From Sedimentisphaerales bacterium (GTDB lineage Bacteria > Planctomycetota > Phycisphaerae > Sedimentisphaerales > SM23-30): DNA of 64,000 bases. Below the pieces are notes generated by a model, which was given only the letters and a program-made list of their open reading frames with translations, made no database searches and had not been told where the DNA came from. Each line of letters starts with the position of its first letter. Within the stretch, counting starts at the first letter, position 1. Made by a program: the position numbers and the translations under genes. The stretch lies in the NCBI GenBank assembly GCA_963666285.1, contig OY762711.1, one strand, 5' to 3'. Shown one piece after another: positions 18,500 through 28,600 of this stretch.

Positions 18500-19275
18500 G
18501 TATTTATCTTTCTCCTGTTCTCCTGTCAACTATCCAGCGACCTCCGTCGCTCGGCACGAATTTCCTCTTCTCTGACCGCTGGCCGCTGTTGGCTCGCTGC
18601 TGTTTAGCTGTTAAACTCTCACTTCTCGCTTCTTTCTTCTAACTCTTCTCATCCTTCAGGTGCCGCAATTTTGATTAAACTTTACCTACGCGACAGCTTT
18701 AAAATATGTTGTGAGCCGTTAGGCGAACACCTCAATTCTTCACTCTTAGTTCTTCGTTCTTCACTCAATTATCTGGTCTGCCCAACACCCAAAAATAACA
18801 ACTTACGATAATGTCCGCAAAATTCCCTCCCCGCCGCACTACCTCCGCAACTCACCATGCACTCTTCCTTATATCCCCCCACTCTTCTATTCCATTCCGT
18901 TTTTTAACCCATCTTTCACCCCAATACTCTCACTTATAAATCAATTAGCCTCAGCATAGCCGCTTCCTTCCCTACTAAATATCCAACACCTAACACCTTC
19001 TTTCCCCCTGGGAACGCTGAGCACAAGCTCGGCACATTCGGCACCACCATTTTAAATATGCCGTCCGCGAAGCGGACACCTTAACTTTTCATTATTCATT
19101 ATTCATTTTTCATTTAGCGTAGCTCGCCGCTGATAGCTCGCTGCTGATTGCCTGTTCTACTGTTCACCTTTCAACTATCCAGCGACCTCCGTCGCTAGGC
19201 GTTAGCCGTTTAAAATAAGCTGTCCGCGAAGCGGACTCCTCAACTCTTACCTCTTACCTCTTACTTTTTACCTGT
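18500..19275 (+). repeat. Field of short palindrome + heptamer/octamer tandem-repeat elements
   Basis: Three TTTAAA-hairpin-5x heptamer units (18698-18765, 19051-19114, 19209-19273); two octamer-array + AGCGACCTCCGTCGCT units (~18505-18554, ~19149-19200). Confidence 0.75.
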
Positions 19276-19828
19276 CTTCCCGCTTCCGCTTCGTCCCCGT
19301 CTGTATACCGCCGCCCCCATTCAACGTCCCGCCGTATATTGCCCGCGGCCCGCAATTCACCGCCGTTCAAATCCGTTTCCCTTTTCACCGCCGTCCACCC
19401 GCCGCGCAGTCTCCGTTCCAAACCGCACACCTCCCGTTACCCATCAATTAGCCGCGAGCGGTAGCGAGCAACATTCCCTGACATCTGAAACCAGATCCCT
19501 GGCCCCTGATTTTCTCGAAAAAATCACCGCGTTTTTACAACCACCAAATCACGAAAATCTAAAATCTTCAAATATTTTATCCCGCTTACTCCCAACACCT
19601 TACAAACTTCCAAACCAACTACCCCGCCAAAAAAATCAGCGCACTTTCGACATACCATCCAATAGTAGAGAGCCGACAAAAAATGAGTACCAGCAAAAAT
19701 CAGCTCTCGATAAAACATAACAACGACGATAACTTTGTCTTAAATATAAACAACGCTCATTAAAAACTGAATATTTGAATACAGAATCGACAAATTACAT
19801 CGTAATTAACTCATTAGAAATATCAATA

Positions 19829-20596
19829 TCAGACAGGTCGAAATAGCATCCCCGTCGTCCGTCCCAGCCGGGCCGCCAGGCTGCGGGCAACTACTTCCAT
19901 TACCTTCAACCCAAGCTGCGGATCTTTTCGCTTCAAAGCGTTAAAGCCGGCCTTACTCAATTGGATCAGGAACGTATTATTTACCGCTGCTACCGTCGCA
20001 GAATGCTCCTGGTTACAGACCAGTGAGCTCTCGCCGAAGATCTGTCCAGCAGAAATAACCGCAAGATGCTTATCCGGCTCTGGCACAGACCCTTTATAGA
20101 TATTTACCAGGCCCGACTGAACGATGAACAGACCGTGCAGATCAACATCATTCTCACCTGCCCGATAAAGAACCTCGTCACGCGGCAAATATCGTAATGT
20201 GATTATATGCAGCAGATTCTGGCAATCTTCGTAAGAAAAACCGGCAAAAAGAGGAAATTCAGACAAAAACTCCAGCAGCCAGGCAGCACCTTCCTCGACA
20301 TATGCCAAAATCACCTGACGCTGATGATCGCTCAGATCAACAAACCCCAAACCGAAATACCATATATCTGACGGCTGGTCATACCGCCGCCATACAACCT
20401 TGACCGTTGCATTGATAATTTCGCTGCGCGGACCCAGCTGGACAGCTACCTTGAGCAGCTCACCTTCGGCCAGCTCAGTAGTCGCATGCACACACAAACC
20501 CTTTTCACTCAGGTTTACCGGCTTTATATCCTGAACTGCGTCTTTGCCGTCTCGGAGAAGTTCTATACCAAAATCTGTGATTATTCTTGGCGTCAT
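19829..20596 (-). CDS. PilZ domain + cyclic-nucleotide-binding domain protein
   Basis: NLSEKG, ATVKVVWRR..FGLGF (PilZ); LYRAGE..GLFIVQSG.V..GQIFGESSL...HSATVAA (cNMP). Confidence 0.85.
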   Translation of the reverse strand: MTPRIITDFGIELLRDGKDAVQDIKPVNLSEKGLCVHATTELAEGELLKVAVQLGPRSEIINATVKVVWRRYDQPSDIWYFGLGFVDLSDHQRQVILAYVEEGAAWLLEFLSEFPLFAGFSYEDCQNLLHIITLRYLPRDEVLYRAGENDVDLHGLFIVQSGLVNIYKGSVPEPDKHLAVISAGQIFGESSLVCNQEHSATVAAVNNTFLIQLSKAGFNALKRKDPQLGLKVMEVVARSLAARLGRTTGMLFRPV

Positions 20597-20776
20597 AACC
20601 CTATATTAATATCAAGCCTGCCATCATGCAAGCCAAATTCCACCGGAGATTTTAGCTGATAAAACCACTAAAAAATACCAATTATTACTCTACAAAGCAA
20701 AATATACCTGTTTTCTGCCAACATTTCAGCAGCAGAATATTCAGGCCGCAATGGAAATCCATCTATTTACCTGCAT

Positions 20777-23700
20777 CTAATATAGATCATTACTAATTTG
20801 CCTGTTTTTCTGCTGAGACAAAGTCAGCATTACAACAATAACAATTATACAAAGCAGCATGAATATAAAAATGAACAATGTCGGAATCCAGATTATGCCG
20901 GGAACTGCCGACTGAGATTCCATAATAGATGCGGGTATGAGTTCTTCAGGACCATTAAACAGCGTTCGGGTTAATTGCAGGTCAAACCTTTTTCCTGTCG
21001 AAGACACTCCCGCCAGATCGATGACAACATCATACAAACCGACTTTGTCAGGAGCAGCAAAACTTGCCTCACCTATCATCCGCCCGCCATTATCAGAAGT
21101 TAAACTGGACATAGACCTCTGGTATATCTTCCCCCTGACACCCGGATAGCTTAGAACCGCTTTATCTACCCTGGCACCGGCATTCAGAGTCAGACTTGCC
21201 GTAACCTGCTGGCCTGGCATATATCGAAATTCGTCCAGGTCAAGAATGGCTCTGATACCGTTAACTACCGATGACTTTATTGTATAAAACTCTCCTTCCT
21301 GAGGAACATCATCAGCAAATATTTCTATTTTCCATTTTCCTGATATTGGGTTTAACAGTCTGAAATAACTCATCGCTCTCGCTGCATCATCAAAAAAGCT
21401 GACATCTGCAGAAGATTCCTGAGGAATCAAATTCCCAAATGGATCAATCAGACGAAGAGTAAGATGTGACCCCTGCCAGTTAGCCCCCACTGTAAGTGCA
21501 TCTGAATCAGATGGAACTATAAAATCAAAACTCTGGGTAGCAAATGGCAAAATCCATGAATCTTTTGCCAGCAATAGGCTTTCTCCTGCAATCCCCAACT
21601 GAATTCGACTAAAGATACTTGAGATACTATCTGTTCCGGCCCTGAAAAATTCTCCACCGGTATTTTTTGCGATATCCTGCAATAGCTGACTGTCTGCATC
21701 AGCACCGTAGGCCACAGTATGAACAGGAATGGAAGAATCGCGGAACTTACTGGTATAGGCTGTTAAGTCTGGAAGTTCGTCTTTACCATCGGTAAGCAGT
21801 AAAATAGCTTTCCTGGATGATGTTTCGTCCTGGAGCTGTTGGAAAGCAGTATTCAAACCTGTCTTGATTTCTGTCCCACCATTAGCAATCATAGAATCCA
21901 TGATTCCACTAATTTGCGTCAGAGATATTTGAGATGTTTTTGTTAATGGTAGCAGATTCTTACTATTGTCAGAAAAGACTGTTACACCTACCTGATCATC
22001 GAGCCTGTTAACATATAAAGCCATAAATTCGTCAATTGCTTTTTTCACCTGGGTCAGCTTATTATAATCTTTCATACTCCCGGAATTATCTACCACCAGG
22101 CAAATTGATGTGCCTTTACTTCTGAAGGCAAAGATTTTTGCTAACCAATTAATATATTTATTATTTTCTTTATGAGACGAGTCCATTGCTGAATAGATCT
22201 TATCAATGCCATGTGCGTGAAGTGGTGTATTGATCAATGAACGATCCGGAACGATAATCAATTTACCAAACGTCTGGGTAGCACCTATCGCACATACAGC
22301 ATCTCCTAATTTATTCAAAAAGTTTGCGTGAGGCATAAATAATTGAGCTTCCTGTACCAGGTTTCCATTATTATCTACACACTGGTTCAACTTATCCAGA
22401 GGATCACCCTGGTAAACATAACTACGGATATTATCTGAATCGTATGGCAGCTGGCGAGTATTAATCCAATCGATTATCCCTTTTCCGGGAGCCGCAGGAT
22501 TGAAAGTAACAGTTTCCAAACCAGTAGCAAGCCCAGCTGCTATAGCAAGTCCGCCGCCCAGGGAATGGCCGGTTATTATAACCTGGTCACCCAAAGCATC
22601 CTTAACTAATAGAGCATCATCAACAGCATTCTTATATTGCTCAGAAGTAAAGCCTAAATAATTCTGTACATTATTAGACCAGTCTCTAATATCAGAAATC
22701 TCAGTTCCTCTGAAAACGAGTACGGTTTTCCCATTAAGATTATCATTTCTATAGATTACAGCGTAATATCCGCAAGAAGATAATTCATAACTATCAATTA
22801 TTCTCCAGTCAGACGGCAAAACACTATTTCCATAAGCAGCCTTTGATAAAAGAGCCAGCTGTGAATCCTGTTCAATTACTGCTTTATCAAGATCATTTAT
22901 TGAAACTTGAGAGTCATAGCCTTGTCCTGAATTTGTATGCTGATTAACTATATCGGCAACATCATCAATAATTGTCTTTAGATCATTATCCTGTGCGACA
23001 TCTGCGATCGTAGAAGCAATATCATAGAATGTGCCGGCTTTCTCCATATATGGACTGCCATAGTATAAAACTTTACCTAAATTTATCGCAGCATCTTTGG
23101 CTGCTCCGGCTAGATGGGAAGAATGACCCCATAGCTGACGTGCGTTATGGGTCATAGTGCCTGAAGCACTCCAGCCTGTTGCAGCACTATAGGCAGAAGT
23201 AGTGGTGAGTCCGCCTGCCAAATGTAGAAATTTACCACCTATATTACCATATGCATCAACTTTATCGTGGTCAATTATACCTATATCATCAGCCAGCATT
23301 GCATAACCGGTTGCTGCCGGACGATAGACATATTTTTCCAGTGGAGATTCGACATCACCATCAAAAGGATTATATCCGTTTTCAGGATGCTTTATGTCGT
23401 GAACAATATTGGCACCAACAGTGTAAAAAGCATCTGCCAAATGAGCCGCTGCGAGAGCAGCAAGGACAATCGGATTGGTGCTTTGTTCGCCAATAATTGA
23501 AGAATTGAGCATTGCCATTTGGCCTTCTACCCATACAGCATCTGACCATGCCGGCTTTTTAGCATTGCCTGCAACATGCATAAATGAATATCTTTTCATC
23601 TCTTCTGACAACTGGAAGTTTCCTTCCATATCGAGCAAAGGAGAGCTGGTATAAGCATCAACTGAAATTATATTGTTAACATATCTAAAGGAAGACTGTC

Positions 23701-24598
23701 TGCTATTGCCTGCTATACCATTCAAACTAAAACCTGCATAATAGACAACGGTTTTGGCATTATCCATAACAAAAAAACCATCAAAACTTCCTTTAATTGG
23801 CACTCCAACTGATGTCTGGATAGGAAAATCAGAACTATGATATTTTCCCAAAATATAGTTTTTATTAGCAACCTGAAGCGGAATCAGTTCAAAGTCAACA
23901 TTTACTTTTTGAGTTACCCCTGCGACGGAATGCAGCGAAATTTGCTGACGCCAATTGGCCGGTATGTTTTTTGCGACTGCCAGAGGCAAAATAGAGTTGA
24001 CATAATCAGACATATAAGGCAGCTGCTCTGAACTGAGCGACTCATTGCTTATCGCCCGGTTAAAACGCAGGCTGTTTATGCCATTAGAAAACGATATTGC
24101 AACAGGGTCCTCCACACCTTCATTAAGATTATATGCAACTGGATAATATTCATACATTATCTGGCCGGGAAGAGGATATTTCTTAACATCAATAATCGAA
24201 AAGATTTGACGTGAATAATTCTCGTAACCAGTACAGGAAAAACCCTGCCAATTTAACATAACAAATGAATTCGGGCTAACTTCTGACGTAGAAGAAGTTT
24301 GCGTTTGCTGATTGTTATTGGCTTGAGACTGAGACTGGGAAGGGAGAGAAGGTTTAGTTACCGATGTGGCTGGTGGTTTCGATATAGTCTGAGAAGAACT
24401 GGTTGATTTAGCTGCAGGTATTACAGGTTGTTTTGACACTGTCTGAACATTAGTATTACTGCCATTTGAACCCGTATCAAGCTGAGAGAAAGCCACAATT
24501 ATCATTACAACAACAAACAAAACCACTAAAATAATGAAAAAAGAAAGAATAAATATCAATGGAGTTTGTTTTCCATTAGATTCTGTAGATGACTGCAT
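20777..24598 (-). CDS. Membrane-anchored lipase (alpha/beta hydrolase) + vWA domain protein
   Basis: N- and C-terminal TM; LVFRGTE, ITGHSLGGGLA, GDPL, HAHGI; vWA MIDAS VDNSGSM, GGT, LLTDG. Confidence 0.85.
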   Translation of the reverse strand: MQSSTESNGKQTPLIFILSFFIILVVLFVVVMIIVAFSQLDTGSNGSNTNVQTVSKQPVIPAAKSTSSSQTISKPPATSVTKPSLPSQSQSQANNNQQTQTSSTSEVSPNSFVMLNWQGFSCTGYENYSRQIFSIIDVKKYPLPGQIMYEYYPVAYNLNEGVEDPVAISFSNGINSLRFNRAISNESLSSEQLPYMSDYVNSILPLAVAKNIPANWRQQISLHSVAGVTQKVNVDFELIPLQVANKNYILGKYHSSDFPIQTSVGVPIKGSFDGFFVMDNAKTVVYYAGFSLNGIAGNSRQSSFRYVNNIISVDAYTSSPLLDMEGNFQLSEEMKRYSFMHVAGNAKKPAWSDAVWVEGQMAMLNSSIIGEQSTNPIVLAALAAAHLADAFYTVGANIVHDIKHPENGYNPFDGDVESPLEKYVYRPAATGYAMLADDIGIIDHDKVDAYGNIGGKFLHLAGGLTTTSAYSAATGWSASGTMTHNARQLWGHSSHLAGAAKDAAINLGKVLYYGSPYMEKAGTFYDIASTIADVAQDNDLKTIIDDVADIVNQHTNSGQGYDSQVSINDLDKAVIEQDSQLALLSKAAYGNSVLPSDWRIIDSYELSSCGYYAVIYRNDNLNGKTVLVFRGTEISDIRDWSNNVQNYLGFTSEQYKNAVDDALLVKDALGDQVIITGHSLGGGLAIAAGLATGLETVTFNPAAPGKGIIDWINTRQLPYDSDNIRSYVYQGDPLDKLNQCVDNNGNLVQEAQLFMPHANFLNKLGDAVCAIGATQTFGKLIIVPDRSLINTPLHAHGIDKIYSAMDSSHKENNKYINWLAKIFAFRSKGTSICLVVDNSGSMKDYNKLTQVKKAIDEFMALYVNRLDDQVGVTVFSDNSKNLLPLTKTSQISLTQISGIMDSMIANGGTEIKTGLNTAFQQLQDETSSRKAILLLTDGKDELPDLTAYTSKFRDSSIPVHTVAYGADADSQLLQDIAKNTGGEFFRAGTDSISSIFSRIQLGIAGESLLLAKDSWILPFATQSFDFIVPSDSDALTVGANWQGSHLTLRLIDPFGNLIPQESSADVSFFDDAARAMSYFRLLNPISGKWKIEIFADDVPQEGEFYTIKSSVVNGIRAILDLDEFRYMPGQQVTASLTLNAGARVDKAVLSYPGVRGKIYQRSMSSLTSDNGGRMIGEASFAAPDKVGLYDVVIDLAGVSSTGKRFDLQLTRTLFNGPEELIPASIMESQSAVPGIIWIPTLFIFIFMLLCIIVIVVMLTLSQQKNRQISNDLY

Positions 24599-24681
24599 AC
24601 CATACTCCCCATGAATTTGAATAATTTCACCTTTCCCAATACAAAAGCAGAATAGCAGATAAATACGAATATCAGATTAAA

Positions 24682-24716
24682 AAAAAACAGGAGTTTTTAT
24701 ACAACTCCTGTTTTTT
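24682..24716. terminator. Intrinsic (bidirectional) terminator
   Basis: AAAAAACAGGAGTT-tttatac-AACTCCTGTTTTTT just after the OMP gene stop. Confidence 0.8.
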
Positions 24717-24726
24717 AACAAATCAA

Positions 24727-25512
24727 CTAAAAAGAAAAATGAAGCTGAGCATACCAGGCTTTAAAGCTGTCACGAACACTGCCAGCTTCCATATACTGAC
24801 CCTTATATGCACCAATTATAGAAACATCATCATTAATGCTATAAGAAATACCTATACTGCCATTGGTACCAATACCAATTGAATTTTCACTTTCTAACTC
24901 ATAACCACCAGAGGTTGCTGCATCCTGGCTTGCATATAATGCCATAACCTGGGCATTCCAGAACCAGCTCCATTTATCACTGTCAAAAAGAGCATCCCCA
25001 GAACCGGCACCCAGGAATATGCCACCATAATTAGTTTGCTGATCGAACATATCAAAGCCAGTAACTTCATAATCTCTATCAACATAAGTATATTTGATAC
25101 CGACTGTACCATATATATCTTCAAGACCAAAGAAATCAGGATATGACAGACCGGCTTCGATGTCATAACGTTCCATCTCAGCATCAATCTTCACACTTTC
25201 AGCTTCACCTTCCAGATCAATATCAGGAGCATATGTGAAATTTGCAAACCAGCCATTACCATCATAATCACTTTGATTGTAAAGCAAAGAATACGCTCCC
25301 CCCTGGGCATCCCAATCACCAGACAAAAAGCCTTGTTCTGTCCTGTAATCAAACATTTCCATATAACCGAAACTCAAAGTGCGAACAACTCCATTATCGG
25401 TTGAAGTATAAGTTTGATTTGCAACAGAGACATCTTCATCAGCAGCTACTGCAAAAGCAGCAAAACTGACTAAAACAACAGTCAGACATTTAATTAATTT
25501 CATACATTTCAT
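24727..25512 (-). CDS. Outer-membrane beta-barrel protein
   Basis: Signal peptide, alternating aromatic beta-strands, C-terminal AWYAQLHFSF. Confidence 0.75.
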   Translation of the reverse strand: MKCMKLIKCLTVVLVSFAAFAVAADEDVSVANQTYTSTDNGVVRTLSFGYMEMFDYRTEQGFLSGDWDAQGGAYSLLYNQSDYDGNGWFANFTYAPDIDLEGEAESVKIDAEMERYDIEAGLSYPDFFGLEDIYGTVGIKYTYVDRDYEVTGFDMFDQQTNYGGIFLGAGSGDALFDSDKWSWFWNAQVMALYASQDAATSGGYELESENSIGIGTNGSIGISYSINDDVSIIGAYKGQYMEAGSVRDSFKAWYAQLHFSF

Positions 25513-25617
25513 AGATCATCATTCCTTTCAATTATTTAGAATTAAATTATAATATAGACAATTTGCACTCATTAATATATTTAAAACATCGCACCTCGCT
25601 TTCCATTTAATATCAAA

Positions 25618-28600
25618 CTAAATAGGCGGCCTGGGCCGTTTTCTTTTTTTGACTTCAAAAATAACATACTCTGTTTCACTATCATCACTTTTGGTGTTTT
25701 CATTAACAGCAACTACCCAGAAATAACATTTATCCCATTTAGCCTCTACAGGATTATCTTTTGAAATGTCAATAGAAGTACCTGATGTCAGCTCATAATA
25801 AAAGCTGCCTTTATTTTGATTTTTCTCCTGGTAATAGTAAATGCGATATCTGGTCGCACCCAAAACCGGTTTCCATCTTAAGGTATAGTTACCCTTACCT
25901 TTACTAATAAGTTCAATATCTGGTTTGGATAGTTGATTGCATTCACTTGCCTTGAAAGAGCCTAATGTTAATTCGCTAAATTCACTCTCAACACTTTCCT
26001 TTTCATTGACAGCCTTAACCCAATAATAATATTTTTCATTAGTTTTAATATCAGAATCATCATAGGAAAGTGCTGATAGCCCTCCGGTAAGCTCTTTTTT
26101 CGTGCCGGTGCTGCTACCGGACTTGTATAACATATATTTGTCCGCACGATCAGAAGCATCCCAGGAAATCTTAAGATAACCTTTGTCGCTTTGCTCAACT
26201 TTTAGATTTACCGGAGGGTCAAGCTTGAACTCCCATTTAACATCAATCTCAGCCTGACGAGAAAAAAGATCATTTTTAGCGAAAACCTGATAAGTATATT
26301 TGCCGCTGGAAGCCAGTGTATCTTCAATAGAGCATGTACCGGCAGCTGTTTTAATGCCAGTCAACTCAGTCCAGGAGTTTTCTCCTGTTTTTTTCCTTTT
26401 CACACTATATTCAGCATTAGAAACAGAATTCCATTTTAATTGAATAGAATCATCATTTACTTCATGACTCAGGGTAATATCTTTCAATAAATAACCAGGG
26501 AACAATTCTTTCAAATCAACCAATTTTGATATCGTTAGCTCACCAAAGTCATTTTTCACTGAAAACAGATAGTAATAATTATAATCCCCCGCCTCAGCCC
26601 TGGATACTATCTTTTTATCCTCATAAGAACTGGTGCTAATTCCTTCCCATAATCTTTTTTCCGGTTCATTTTTGTTATTTGCATATGAAATAACAAAATT
26701 ACCTTTCAAAGTATCCGGCCATTTGATTCTAATAGCTGGTTCACTATTAATAGTAAATCCTGTAAGGATAATATCATTTTCAGTTATCTTAGGTATATAT
26801 TTATCATACAACTTCTTTTTCAAATCAGAAGAACGGTCATTGTTGGTGTTGTATTCTAAAGACAAATCACATAATTGAATTGCTTGTTTAATATCACTAT
26901 CAGAATTACTTTTAGATAAATTATCTGCTTCTGAATATAAAGCGTCAGATTTTTCTTTAGTCCATGACTCCCAGGCCTTGGGCAACTCTTTTGACAATTC
27001 CATGTATTTTTGGGCAGCAGCAGAATAATTCTCTAAACTTTCGTAATCTTCTGCTTTTTTAATAAGTTCTTTAAGTACGCCAGGCGGAAATTCATTATCC
27101 AGGTATAAAGAATTTGCAGAATATAAAGAATTCTGCATGTTAAACAAATTTTTAGCGTTTTTATAAGATTTCCATATTTCCCATTTAGCAGAAACAACTT
27201 CCTGCAGTTTAGTATAGCCGGTTATTGCCAGAGAATAATCCTGGTCATTTTCAGCTTTTTGAGAATCGGCAAGAGCCTGCTGAATCTCATCCTGTTTTAA
27301 GAAAGTATTTATATCAAGCCCTTCAGAACTGAGACTATCTACATATTCTTCGTATTCATTTATAATTTTTTCTAATTGACTCTTAAGTTTTGCAGTTCTA
27401 TCATCAGAATCTCCTCTTACATCATCTGGCAGACTTCTTATTTCTGCTTGAAAAGTCACAAAGGTGTTAACAAATACTGCATAATCTTTATCTTTTATTA
27501 ACCCGTTTAACTGCTCTTTGCGTTCTTTGAAGCTTTTTTCATATGGTTGAATTATTTCTTTTGGACAACTTTTTCCTTGTTTGGCAATTTCTTCGTCAGC
27601 CAGTTTTATAAGATCATCCTTTTCAACTGCAAAATGTTTTTCAATATCAATTTTCAAACTACTGACTTTGCTAACATATTGCTGTTTATCATCTTCAAAC
27701 AGGTCGTCGATACGTTTTTTAACTGACTCAAGGTTTGTATATAAGTTTTTCAATTCATAAAGCGAACACTGATCCAGATTGTTGTTTTTTACTAAATCAT
27801 CAATTTCATCAGCGGTTTCTTTTGCTTTTGCCAGCCGTCCTGTAAGCTTTTCCATTTGCCATTGATCTATTAATGTTTTATCAATTAACAATTTGAGTTC
27901 AGATAGTTTTGTAACAGCTGTGTTATACTGCTTTAGCTTTCTTACTACATCCTCTGACGATTTGTCTGAATTAACAGATTTGCTAATATCCCACAAATTA
28001 TTTGCCTGGATTGCTCCAGAAACAGCCTGCCCGTTAGCAGAATAAACATTATTCCCATTCCAGATACTTTGCCACTGCTTCAGCTTATTTCCCAGCAGTT
28101 TTTCATCATATCTTTTATCATTTCTACTATTTAACACATTCAAGACATATAAAATAGTTTCAATATCGTTCCATTTAATTTTATCATTAATCTGCATGGA
28201 ATATCTATTAGCAGGAGATTTCTGAACACACTGGCGAAGTAATACATTTTCGACATAAGACAATGTCTTATTATAGCTATTTCTAAACATATCAACAGAA
28301 CCTTTGCGATCTAATTCTGCCAATACAGTGTTATTATCAAAAGCCAAACAATCATTACAAACCCTAACTGCATTATAAAGATATTTTGACGAACTCCAGC
28401 TGTTTGAGTCAGGATATTTTAGCGGCTCTGACGAATCTAATTTTCTTAAATCGGCAAATTCCCTTATAGCATCATCAATCATATCTGAAGGGATAGAAGG
28501 TTCATATGGTTTATTACTCAAAAATAATATACCAGCAATTACCGCCAGCATAAATATAGTCAGCAGCATGCCGGCCATAATAAAAACTGCGGCCGGAGTA

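Noticed and set aside
18500..19500. CRISPR array or tRNA/ncRNA in the repeat field
   Set aside because: No constant repeat with regular unique spacers, no cas genes, no cloverleaf; ORFs 18325-18642 and 19524-19718 look spurious
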